DNA of 53,484 bases from Candidatus Eiseniibacteriota bacterium (GTDB lineage Bacteria; Eisenbacteria; RBG-16-71-46; JAGVPR01), in the NCBI GenBank assembly GCA_020052115.1, contig JAGVPR010000320.1, forward strand, positions 1-53,484, given 5' to 3'. The notes beneath the pieces were generated by a model that had not been told where the DNA came from, did not search any database, and saw only the letters and a list, made by a program, of their open reading frames with translations. The number at the start of each line of letters is the position of its first letter. The stretch's first letter is position 1. The translations under genes were made by a program, and so were the position numbers. This document shows, one piece after another, positions 45,873 through 53,484 of this stretch.

Positions 45873-47177
45873 TTAGAACTCGTAGCGGATGGCGGCATAG
45901 GCGTTGTCGTTTCGGTCGAACTGTCCGAAGAAAGTGGTTTCGCCGGACCCTCCGAAGATGTTGCCCCCCACGGCGGCCCAGACGCCGTCGGCCAGGCTGT
46001 GCCATACCTCCGGGATCAGATAGAAGTCTTCATCCGTCGGGCTCCAGTATCCGAAGAACGAGAGCTTCCAGGTTTGGTAGTCGGAGAGCCATGTGGCCCT
46101 GCTCGTGACCAGACTCCGGTGACGGTCCTGCTCTGGAGCGCCAGATGGAAGGGTCGATCGGTACTGGTCGTACTGCCGTATGCGCTCGCCGTAGTACTGG
46201 AGGCCAAGCATGACGCTCGGTCCCATCTGCCTCTTGTAGCCGGCGAGGTAGAGAACCTGCGAGTTCGGCACGAACGGGTCGTTCCCTTCCGGGTCATTCC
46301 TCGAATCGTAGTAGCCGCCCTCGAGGTTGATGACTCCACCCAGTCCCGCTCGTTGCACGGAAGCGCCGTAAACACCGCGTCGCGGAAAGCGCACGACAAC
46401 CCGCATGGAACCGCCCGTCGTGTCCGGCTCCGGCGCCGGGCTTCGGTAGAATCCGCGATCCGCGTAGAGGGCGCATTCCCAGCCGATCACCGCGCGAGAG
46501 ACCTTGATCGCGAGCTCAGCGTTGTCGAGGTTCGGTCTTGGCTCCCGCGTGGTCCGATTCGTCGCGCCGGAGAATGGGTCCTGAACGAAGAACCTGTCTC
46601 CGTCAGGCAATCGGTCGGCTTCGAAGGTGGGGCTTGCGATGGCCTCGAACCCGAAGTCCGCCAGATACCAATCGAGCTTGAGGGCGTCGGTCCCAACCTT
46701 CAGGTACTCCAGCGGCCGCCCGGTAAAGAGCGCAGCCCAGTCCTTCGGGAAGACGTCGTTCACGAAGAGGAGATCGCCGGTACCCCAGGTGACGATCTGA
46801 CGGCCCACGCGGGCCTCGAGAGGGCCGGCGGTGAAATCTATGTAAGCCTCCCGGACCTCCATGTCCGACCGATCCAGGATGCTGTCGTGGATGAAGTCCG
46901 TCTTGGCCGAGAAGCCGCTGCGACCGCCAGCCACGGCGCCGGTCAGGGTGAGTTGCAGACGCTCCTCGCCCAGGATGAAGTCCGAACCGCCGGGCGGCCG
47001 TAGACCGGTCACCCTGGAGGCGTAGTCCCCTTGGACGAAGCCGTGCAGATCCACATCGCCGGCATACGCGCCCGGGGCCAGAGAGAGAAGCGTCAGACCG
47101 ACGAGCAGCGTCCGCGCGCTACTTGATCCACTGCGCGGGCGGCTTCTGCAGGTAGCGCTCGGAAAAAAGCCCCTCAT
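45873..47177 (-). CDS. Outer-membrane beta-barrel protein (alginate-export/DUF1302-like)
   Basis: Signal-like ARTLLVGLTLLSLAPGAYA. REAYIDFTAGPLEARVGRQIVTWGTG. C-terminal YAAIRYEF. The start is uncertain: the only ATG (47177) overlaps the upstream gene by 59 nt. Confidence 0.7.
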   Translation of the reverse strand: MRGFFPSATCRSRPRSGSSSARTLLVGLTLLSLAPGAYAGDVDLHGFVQGDYASRVTGLRPPGGSDFILGEERLQLTLTGAVAGGRSGFSAKTDFIHDSILDRSDMEVREAYIDFTAGPLEARVGRQIVTWGTGDLLFVNDVFPKDWAALFTGRPLEYLKVGTDALKLDWYLADFGFEAIASPTFEADRLPDGDRFFVQDPFSGATNRTTREPRPNLDNAELAIKVSRAVIGWECALYADRGFYRSPAPEPDTTGGSMRVVVRFPRRGVYGASVQRAGLGGVINLEGGYYDSRNDPEGNDPFVPNSQVLYLAGYKRQMGPSVMLGLQYYGERIRQYDQYRSTLPSGAPEQDRHRSLVTSRATWLSDYQTWKLSFFGYWSPTDEDFYLIPEVWHSLADGVWAAVGGNIFGGSGETTFFGQFDRNDNAYAAIRYEF

Positions 47178-47931
47178 CCAGTCCGCTATCGTAGCCGACG
47201 TTTTCAAACACGACCTCCGTGTGGTGCTCCCTCTTGACGTCCCGCATCGTCCGACGGACGACCGTGGGATGGCCCCCCACATCCTTCACTTCGTCTGCCG
47301 TGAAGACTCTTGCGAGCTGGTTCTGCACGTCGTAGAACTCTTCCCGGACCGGCAAGAAGGTCTTCTTATCGATCCAGGAAACCTTGCGCGTAAAGGCCGA
47401 GCTGCTTTTCGGAACGGCCTCGACGACGTAGCAGTCCTTCCCTTCGCGCGCTTCCTCGTTCAACAGCTTGTAGCTGTCCGCGCCCAAGTCCCTGCCGGAG
47501 ATGTCTTCGTACGAGAAGTCCGAACCGACGAAGCTCGACTGGGCGTCCTTCGCGGCAACGCGCGTGACGAGCTTGATGGCGGGGATGAAGAGCCAGCGAC
47601 TGTCGTCCTTGTCTTGGTACTTCCACACCAGGAAGGCGGTGCCGCGCACGTCGGCCGGCTCATGGAAGTAGATGTAGTACTTCTGACTCGAGCCCTCGCC
47701 TGTATCGAGCCTGAGCATCGTCAGCTTTCGCCGGCGCTCCTGCCCTTCCTTGTCGACGAGCCGCATGCTCACGTCGGCGCGGAAGTCCCGGGCAGCATAC
47801 AGAAAGGCCTGCTGCTCCCGGCTCACGATGTCCTCCCCCGTGACTTGCGCCGCGGCCGGCGCGACCGTCCCCGCACCCAACGCCAGCAGGGTCAAAGTTC
47901 CCAGTGAAAGAACACCTCGCACGCTCTGCAT
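47119..47931 (-). CDS. LolA-like outer-membrane lipoprotein-sorting-family periplasmic protein
   Basis: Start at MQSVRGVLSLGTLTLLALGAGTVAPAAA with GGGAGG 8 nt upstream. YYIYFHEPADVRGTAFLVW...WLFIPAIKLVTRVAA...FVGSDFSYEDI is typical of the LolA-like family that accompanies MMPL/RND exporters. Confidence 0.75.
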   Translation of the reverse strand: MQSVRGVLSLGTLTLLALGAGTVAPAAAQVTGEDIVSREQQAFLYAARDFRADVSMRLVDKEGQERRRKLTMLRLDTGEGSSQKYYIYFHEPADVRGTAFLVWKYQDKDDSRWLFIPAIKLVTRVAAKDAQSSFVGSDFSYEDISGRDLGADSYKLLNEEAREGKDCYVVEAVPKSSSAFTRKVSWIDKKTFLPVREEFYDVQNQLARVFTADEVKDVGGHPTVVRRTMRDVKREHHTEVVFENVGYDSGLDEGLFSERYLQKPPAQWIK

Positions 47932-47932
47932 C

Positions 47933-50263
47933 CTACGCACCTCCCTTGAAAAGCCAACCCCGCAGAAGGACGATCAGGGCCGGCAGATAGATGATCGTCA
48001 TGACAGCCGACAGGATCATCATGCTCACGATGAACGCGCCGACCGTGACGTACGGGGTCAACGGAGCGAACAACATGACCGAGAAGGCCGAAGCAAACAG
48101 GACGGCATTCCGGAACACACCCTTGCCGGGCCTCTCCGCGGTCCACAGCAGCGCATCGGTCACCGTGGATTCGTCGGGCACGGTGCCATCGGGGCGGATC
48201 TCCGACAGCCGTCTCCGAAAGCGACTGATGAAGTGGATGGCGAAATCCACGGCCATCCCGAGCGAGAGAGTGCTCAGGACCGAGATCGGCATGTCGAAGT
48301 CCTTGCCGGAGAGGCCGATCAGGCCGTAGATCACGAGGATCGTGAAGACGAGCGGGGCGTACCCTACGATCGCCCACTTGAGGGAGCGGAAGTTCACGGC
48401 CAAGATCACAAAGACGACGACCAAGGCGATCACGAATCCCCGGATCATGTCCCAGAGCACCTCATCGTTCCAGACGAGGTTGAAGTAGGCGGTTCCGGCG
48501 GGCTTGAACGTGAGCCGGGCGCCCGTCCGCGCCTTGAACTCATCAACTTCATGCTTCACCGTTCGCATCGCGTCGGCGTCCCACGTCTTGAGCTGGACGA
48601 AGATGTTGGCCCGGCGGAACGGATAGTCCACGACGTTGTTCAGGTCGGAGGGTTTGGCCGACATCCCGAAGAGGAACAGATACTGCCCCACGGTCTCTTC
48701 GGACTCGGGAATGACGTCGTAGGCGGGATTCTCATCATGAAGGACGTAGTTGATTCTCTTCACATAGTCCACGACCGAGGTGGTCTTCCCGACGACAGGA
48801 AGGGCTTCCAGGCGCCGTTGCAGCCCCTCGATGGTTCGCAGCGCTTCCGGGGTCTTGATCTGATCATCTTGATCCGCGATCGCCACCACGTACCCGAGAG
48901 ACGTGCCGCCGAGCGCTGCGTTCAGGACCCGATCCGAGGTTCGCACCTCGCTCTTCCCTTTGAACCACTCCACGGTGTTGTTGTTCACGTGGATCCTGGT
49001 CATCCCGACGACTGCCAGGGCCAGAAGGGCGAGGCCCACGAAGACACTTCGCCGCGGCCGCCGGGCGCCCAGGAGCGCCGCGCGCGTCAGAAGCCGCGCG
49101 GTCCGGCTCGACCTGACGTCCTCCCGCTGGGAAGTCCGCTGGATCGTCTCGTCCTTGACGAACGTGAACATCGCGGGGATGAAGCTGAAGCTCAGAATCC
49201 TCAAGGCAAGCGTGCCGAAGGCCACAAGTCCGCCGAACACCCTGACCGGTTCGATGTGCATGAACAGGAGAACGGCAAAGCCGGCCATGGTGGCGAGGGC
49301 CGTGTAGCGAACGGGCCGTCCGACCGCCTTCATCGTCTCCAGGATCGCGGCTCTCTTATCGCCAGTCTCGCGGAACCGGAAGTAGAACTCGTTGAAGATG
49401 TGGATGCTGTCCGTGGCGATCGCCATCAGGAACACGGGAGCCATCGAGCTCATGATGTGGATCGGAAAGCCGAAACCGATCAAGAGCCCCATGCTCCAGA
49501 TGATGGCGACCATGGCGTCCATCATGAGCGCGATGGACAAGAACAGGTCCCTGAACATGAGGTAGCGGGCGAGGAACATGAGAAGCCCGGCGATCGGGGC
49601 GAAGATCGCCATGAGCTTGAACATCTCCGAGCCGAAGGTATCTCGGGCGACCGGATCGCCGGCGACGTAGAAGCGCTCTGGACCATTCTCGGTTCGCACG
49701 ATCCCGCGGATACGGTCCGCGACGGCCTTTCCGTTCACCCCGCGCTCCAGCGGCACGTAGATGGCGGTCGTGTTGCCGTCCTCGGAGATGACGCGATTCA
49801 GGAAGAGGGGATTCCCGAAGAGCGCCCTCCGGAGGTCGCTGAGCTCCCGGTCGGTCGCCGGCACCTCCGGCATGAGCGGACCGACCTTGAGCGTGCCGCC
49901 CTCCATGGTCACGTTGTCGATCGTCGTTAAGCTCGAAACATCCCTGGCAGCGACCCCTTCGATCCTGAGGATCTCGCCGGTGATCCGGTGGATCCGCTCG
50001 AGCGTCTCGCGATTCAGCACTCCGCCGTCGTTGGCAACCCCGAGAACGATCATGTCCTCGTAGAGATCGAAGGTCTTCTCCACCTCGCTGTTCCAGACCC
50101 GCACATCCGAGGTCTCGGGGAGCATGTGCTTGGGGTTCGTATCCGTCTTCGCCTTCGGGAACTGGGTCAGCGCCGCCGCACTCAGCAGCACGGTCAGCAG
50201 GACGACCCACCTCGGATGATTCACGGAAAACTCGACCATCGAGAATCTTGGAGCCTTGCTCAT
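47933..50263 (-). CDS. MMPL/HpnN-like RND-superfamily exporter (2 x 6 TM)
   Basis: Start at MSKAPRFSMVEFSVNHPRWVVLL. Two hydrophobic bundles are separated by large periplasmic loops. No MFP gene is adjacent. Confidence 0.85.
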   Translation of the reverse strand: MSKAPRFSMVEFSVNHPRWVVLLTVLLSAAALTQFPKAKTDTNPKHMLPETSDVRVWNSEVEKTFDLYEDMIVLGVANDGGVLNRETLERIHRITGEILRIEGVAARDVSSLTTIDNVTMEGGTLKVGPLMPEVPATDRELSDLRRALFGNPLFLNRVISEDGNTTAIYVPLERGVNGKAVADRIRGIVRTENGPERFYVAGDPVARDTFGSEMFKLMAIFAPIAGLLMFLARYLMFRDLFLSIALMMDAMVAIIWSMGLLIGFGFPIHIMSSMAPVFLMAIATDSIHIFNEFYFRFRETGDKRAAILETMKAVGRPVRYTALATMAGFAVLLFMHIEPVRVFGGLVAFGTLALRILSFSFIPAMFTFVKDETIQRTSQREDVRSSRTARLLTRAALLGARRPRRSVFVGLALLALAVVGMTRIHVNNNTVEWFKGKSEVRTSDRVLNAALGGTSLGYVVAIADQDDQIKTPEALRTIEGLQRRLEALPVVGKTTSVVDYVKRINYVLHDENPAYDVIPESEETVGQYLFLFGMSAKPSDLNNVVDYPFRRANIFVQLKTWDADAMRTVKHEVDEFKARTGARLTFKPAGTAYFNLVWNDEVLWDMIRGFVIALVVVFVILAVNFRSLKWAIVGYAPLVFTILVIYGLIGLSGKDFDMPISVLSTLSLGMAVDFAIHFISRFRRRLSEIRPDGTVPDESTVTDALLWTAERPGKGVFRNAVLFASAFSVMLFAPLTPYVTVGAFIVSMMILSAVMTIIYLPALIVLLRGWLFKGGA

Positions 50264-50298
50264 GACCACCTGCCTTTCCCGGGGCTCGGCATCACGGC

Positions 50299-50457
50299 CT
50301 AGTGGTCGACGACCAGGAGGGAGTGCGTCCGGACGAAGTAGTTGGCCCGAAGCCACTCATCGGGCTTGCCCTCGTCCTTCCAGGGACCATCGCCCGCATG
50401 ACCGGTCGTGCAGGAGCGGCTCTTCTCGACGATGCGGACGGCGGGCGGGCATCTCAT
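50299..50457 (-). CDS. Small ORF (52 aa) not in the ORF track: MRCPPAVRIVEKSRSCTTGHAGDGPWKDEGKPDEWLRANYFVRTHSLLVVDH
   Basis: Found by hand translation. Very high GC3. GAGGAGG lies ~12 nt upstream. It fills the gap between the ArsR-rhodanese and RND genes. Confidence 0.4.
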   Translation of the reverse strand: MRCPPAVRIVEKSRSCTTGHAGDGPWKDEGKPDEWLRANYFVRTHSLLVVDH

Positions 50458-50486
50458 GGCTCAGGCAATCCTCCTCATTCCATGCT

Positions 50487-51200
50487 TCACTGGGCTTTAG
50501 AGGCACCTCTTCCCTTCCGGGAGCCCTCTGCGCTACTCACCTCGACGGCGAGGCCTCGCGCCCGCCAGTCCGGCACGCCCTCCTCGAGACGGACGGCCTT
50601 GAAGCCCGCGCGTCGAAGGAGCTCAACAGCCTCCACTGCCAGCACGCAGTACGGTCCACGGCAGTAGGCCACGATCTCGCGCTTGCGCGGCAATTCCCGG
50701 ATTCTCCGCTTGAGTTCTACGAGAGGCACCGAAAGGGCCCCGGGAATGTGCCCCGCCTGGTATTCCTCGGCAGGCCGCACGTCGAGAACGGTCACCTCGC
50801 CTCGGCGAACCCGGGAGATCAGTGCCTCCCGATCCACAGGTTCGAGCGCGCCCCGTTCTTCGAGAAACTGCCGTGTGACCGCATGAATCTCCAAGAGTCG
50901 GGATTCCGCGAGTCGCCGGAGCGATCGGTAGAACGTGCAGACCTCCTCGTCAGCGAGACGATAGAGCACGTGCGTACCGTCCTTCTCTCCCTCGACAAGC
51001 CGTGCGCGACGGAGCGCCTGAAGGTGATGGGAGGTGTTCGCGACTGACTGCCCAACTTCCGCAGCGATCAACTCCACCGTTCGGGGTCCCTGGCAGAGAA
51101 GGTCGAGGATCTCCAGTCGCGGGCCGCTCGAAAGCGACTTGCCGATCCGGGCGAGCTGCTCGTAGACGCCACTCTTCCACGCTCGAGCTGGGGTTTTCAT
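50487..51200 (-). CDS. ArsR/SmtB-family HTH regulator fused to a C-terminal rhodanese domain
   Basis: Start at MKTPARAW. LEILDLLCQGPRTVELIAAEVGQSVANTSHHLQALRRARLV is the ArsR HTH. The rhodanese part is VLDVRPAEEYQAGHIPGALSVP...IVAYCRGPYCVLA, which contains the active-site Cys loop. Confidence 0.85.
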   Translation of the reverse strand: MKTPARAWKSGVYEQLARIGKSLSSGPRLEILDLLCQGPRTVELIAAEVGQSVANTSHHLQALRRARLVEGEKDGTHVLYRLADEEVCTFYRSLRRLAESRLLEIHAVTRQFLEERGALEPVDREALISRVRRGEVTVLDVRPAEEYQAGHIPGALSVPLVELKRRIRELPRKREIVAYCRGPYCVLAVEAVELLRRAGFKAVRLEEGVPDWRARGLAVEVSSAEGSRKGRGASKAQ

Positions 51201-51277
51201 ATATTCAAGTCCTCGTTTGAGGATTTTAGAACTCGCCGCGCGCGGACGCAAGCCCTTTCTATGGCCAGGTGCAAATG

Positions 51278-51489
51278 GAGATCCTCTCCCTCCGGCACCA
51301 GCACGCGGTCTACCACCGAACTTGTCGCCGCCCCCAACTCCGGCGGAGCGACCGCATCAGTCGCCGGCCGTGGACTGCCGCGAACCACGCCACGTCCACG
51401 TCGCCGATCGCGGCTGCGTGGCCGAAATCGAGGAACTCGGCGGGCTCCACCATCATTGCGAACGAGTCGCGGCCTGCCGCGGCAGGTAA
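51278..51489 (+). pseudogene. Collapsed relic of an rve/DDE-integrase-type IS transposase (N- and C-terminal ends only, frame-shifted)
   Basis: One frame reads EILSLRHQHAVYHRTCRRPQLRRSDRI, which resembles the ENLALRQQLAVL-R-x-x-x-RP-x-L-x-x-x-DR N-terminus of a widespread IS transposase family. The +1 frame ends ...VAEIEELGGLHHHCERVAA*, which resembles the ...GGLHH-x-Y-x-R-x-A C-terminus. About 300 codons in between are missing. Recognition is from memory, not from a search. Confidence 0.45.
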
Positions 51490-51622
51490 ACACCCCGTAG
51501 CGCCCGTGTGGCGTCTGCCATTACTGTGCTATCGTGAAATGCAACCACCAACCGCAAGCACGGGCGCAGATGCGGGAGTGGTCGAATGTCGCCAACGCTG
51601 GAAGAACGCGAAGGGCGCTGCC

Positions 51623-53182
51623 ATGAATACGTTTCTTGTTCACGTCGGCGACGACAACTTCTGCCGGCTGCTTCCGGAGGAAGTCGATCGGTCCCGCTCT
51701 AGCAACGGGCGGGTCAAGGTGATGGCGTTTCCGCCGCTGGGGATTCAGACGTTGGCGCCGGTGCTGCGCGAACGGGGACACCAGGTGCGGATGTTTGACA
51801 CATGCCACCCGCAGATGAGGGCGGAGCATGTTGCGCAAGCTGTTGCCGAGGAAAAGCCGGACGTGATTGCGCTGTCGTTTCTCTCGACCACCACCTACCC
51901 GGCAGTCAAGAGCATGGCCCGGCGACTGAAGGCCGAGGTGGCGAAGATACCGATCATCGTTGGCGGAGCCTTCGCCACCTTGAATGCGGACCGCATTCTG
52001 GGGGACTGCCCGGACATTGACTGCGTGGGGGTGGGTGAAGGGGAAGAGCTGCTGTCGGACTACTTGGACCACCTCGATGCTCCGGGCTCCGTGGCGGGTC
52101 TGGTCTGGCGTCGCGGCGGGACCATCGTCGAGAATGCCCCGAGGCCACTCCTCTCGGACCTGGATCAGTTTCCGTATCCCGACCGGACCAGCCTGCCGAT
52201 CGACTACATCGAATCCCTGCCCCTGGATGTTCCGGCGGTGCTCTCGTTGGACAAGTTCTGCACCGTGCAAACATCGCGCGGCTGCCCGTACTCCTGCATC
52301 TACTGCGATATCCCATCCCTGGGCCAGCGCCGGTGGCGCAGCCGTTCGCCGGAACATGTCCTGCGAGAACTGCAGGAACTTAACGATCTGGGCTATCGCT
52401 CGATCCTCCTGACCGATGATCATTTCCTGATCAACCGGAAGCGGATTGACGCGATTTGCCGCGGCATCATTGAACGCAAGCTGGAGTTTCACTGGGGCTG
52501 CGAAGGCCGGGTTGATTCGGTTGGAATCGAGCAACTGCCGATCATGCGCCAGGCCGGGTGCAGTTTCCTGGCATTTGGCGTGGAGGCGGGGACGCAAAAC
52601 GTGCTGAACCGGCTCAACAAGAAGCAGACCCCCGCGCAGGTGCAGCACGCGGTCAGTGAAGCAAAGCGGCAGGGCATCGCCAGGGTCCACGGATTCTTCG
52701 TCGTCGGCTCGCCCGATGAGACGGAAGAGGACATCATGGCGAGCTTCCGCTTCGCCGCGCGTCTGGAGTTGGATACGTTTGGCTTCAATCGGTTGTGCGC
52801 TTATCGCGGGACGCCGTTGTGGCAGGAGTATGTGGCGCGCGGGATCATTGATGACGAGCGGGACTGGCACAAGTGGTTCAAGTGCTCGGACATTGACCCC
52901 ACCACTCTGCCCAGTGCCGTGGTGAATCGCCTGCGGGCGAAAGGCTACGGCTTGCTGTTCCTCTACCGGATTCTCAGGCGTCCGATCCGAACCTGGAAAC
53001 TCCTGCGTGCCTTCGGCCGCCACATGAAGACGTCCGACATCCTTGCATTGCTTTGCAGTCCGTTTCGCCGGCGGACTCTGACCCGGAAGGCCGAGCTCCC
53101 GGCCCGGATGATGGATGCAGGACTTGAGGAGCCGGACCGTCGGACAGCTGCCGCCGCCGGCTCGCCGCCATGCCCGGTCTGA
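51623..53182 (+). CDS. B12-binding-domain radical SAM protein (class B)
   Basis: Start at MNTFLVH. B12 domain DVIALSFLSTTTY...IIVGGAFAT. Cluster motif TSRGCPYSCIYCDI. The upstream part of the 637-aa track ORF is the transposase relic and intergenic DNA. Confidence 0.85.
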   Translation: MNTFLVHVGDDNFCRLLPEEVDRSRSSNGRVKVMAFPPLGIQTLAPVLRERGHQVRMFDTCHPQMRAEHVAQAVAEEKPDVIALSFLSTTTYPAVKSMARRLKAEVAKIPIIVGGAFATLNADRILGDCPDIDCVGVGEGEELLSDYLDHLDAPGSVAGLVWRRGGTIVENAPRPLLSDLDQFPYPDRTSLPIDYIESLPLDVPAVLSLDKFCTVQTSRGCPYSCIYCDIPSLGQRRWRSRSPEHVLRELQELNDLGYRSILLTDDHFLINRKRIDAICRGIIERKLEFHWGCEGRVDSVGIEQLPIMRQAGCSFLAFGVEAGTQNVLNRLNKKQTPAQVQHAVSEAKRQGIARVHGFFVVGSPDETEEDIMASFRFAARLELDTFGFNRLCAYRGTPLWQEYVARGIIDDERDWHKWFKCSDIDPTTLPSAVVNRLRAKGYGLLFLYRILRRPIRTWKLLRAFGRHMKTSDILALLCSPFRRRTLTRKAELPARMMDAGLEEPDRRTAAAAGSPPCPV

Positions 53183-53412
53183 AACGAAGCGAGGAATTCG
53201 CGAAACGCTTCGCCTTCCGAGGAGCAGTACACGCGACCTCGAAGGAAGCGCAGCAGTTGGCCCGGCATTCCCTGCCGACGATGACGGCGAATGCCTACAT
53301 GCGCGGCCGCCGGGACCGGCTCGCGTTCGTGGCTGAGCAGGTCGGAGAAGCGATTCGACCGAAGCCGCGTGCCACCAGTGTGCTACGCGAGGTCGCTGGC
53401 GCTGAAGACGAA

Positions 53413-53447
53413 ACCGGCAACCCCGAAGACGAACCGGGGTTACCGGC
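53413..53447 (-). terminator. 13-bp hairpin (two G-U pairs) immediately downstream of the tRNA 3' end
   Basis: On the reverse strand: GCCGGUAACCCCG-guucgucuu-CGGGGUUGCCGGU followed by UUCGUCUUC. Confidence 0.4.
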
Positions 53448-53456
53448 GAATGAAGT

Positions 53457-53484
53457 TGGTGGAGGCGGCGGGAATCGAACCCGC
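53457..53484 (-). tRNA. tRNA gene, 3' end only (T-arm, acceptor 3' strand, encoded CCA); identity not determinable
   Basis: The reverse complement of the window end is GCGGGTTCGATTCCCGCCGCCTCCACCA: T-stem GCGGG/CCCGC with a TTCGATT loop, a 7-nt acceptor strand, discriminator A and CCA. The anticodon lies outside the window. Confidence 0.8.

Noticed and set aside
51269-51622. N-terminal 118 codons of the 637-aa track ORF, treated as part of the radical SAM protein.
   Set aside because: This segment is the transposase relic plus spacer. The B12-binding domain begins right after the Met at 51623.
53405-53438. Direct repeat GAAGACGAA(A)CCGG x2 next to the tRNA, considered as possible att-site repeats.
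   Set aside because: The two copies are better explained as the loop-proximal parts of the hairpin at 53413-53447 (the tRNA terminator). No tRNA-derived repeat is visible within the window.
53170-53484. Open reading frame MPGLKRSEEFAKRFAFRG... that starts 13 nt before the radical SAM stop and has no stop codon in the window.
   Set aside because: It would read straight through a terminator hairpin and the opposite-strand tRNA gene. Its composition decays toward the 3' end. It might hide a short real ORF, but I cannot support one.
1-53484. Search for CRISPR arrays, rRNA genes, an intact IS or integrase, toxin-antitoxin pairs or phage genes.
   Set aside because: I found no regularly spaced direct repeats and no rRNA-like conserved strings. 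The only mobile trace is the collapsed relic at 51278-51489. No recognisable defence or phage gene was seen in any frame.

Overview
This is a high-GC (roughly 65-70%), densely coding bacterial chromosomal window with about 50 genes and strong Shine-Dalgarno sites. No homology search was possible, so all calls rest on motifs recognised by eye in the supplied translations, on gene context, and on start-codon/RBS inspection. Lineage cannot be assigned from this; two secreted beta-propeller proteins with FlgD-Ig-like C-terminal domains merely fit what I associate with Gemmatimonadota or candidate-phylum genomes.

Contents, left to right:
- A histidine kinase / response regulator pair, then housekeeping genes: an Eis-like GNAT, a pirin and a HAD-IG 5'-nucleotidase.
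- A 1180-aa secreted BNR/sortilin-like protein and an orphan B12-radical SAM gene.
- A translationally coupled GT4-fusion / GH130 pair.
- A XylR-N/V4R sigma-54 activator, divergent from a near-consensus -24/-12 promoter that heads seven small envelope genes.
- A kinase / FixJ-type regulator / single-domain receiver operon.
- Two RRM-type RNA-binding protein genes with paralogous leaders of about 175 nt.
- A BNR-propeller gene coupled to a MoaD/ThiS-like gene ending in GG, then NHL, ArsC-like and ABC exporter genes.
- A 13-kb metal-efflux island: two tandem OMF-MFP-RND operons, Cys-rich small proteins, a stand-alone Cys/His-repeat lipoprotein and a P-II-like gene.
- A tight eight-gene operon that joins an ArsR-rhodanese regulator, an MMPL-type RND / LolA-like / outer-membrane-barrel exporter, a TlpA-like redoxin, SQR and DsrE.
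- A collapsed transposase relic, a second B12-radical SAM gene and a partial tRNA at the right edge.

No CRISPR array, rRNA or intact mobile element was seen. The candidates I rate as most novel are the enzyme-free sigma-54 envelope module, the sulfide-oxidation/exporter operon, the twin RRM-gene leaders and the accessory Cys/His proteins of the metal-efflux island.
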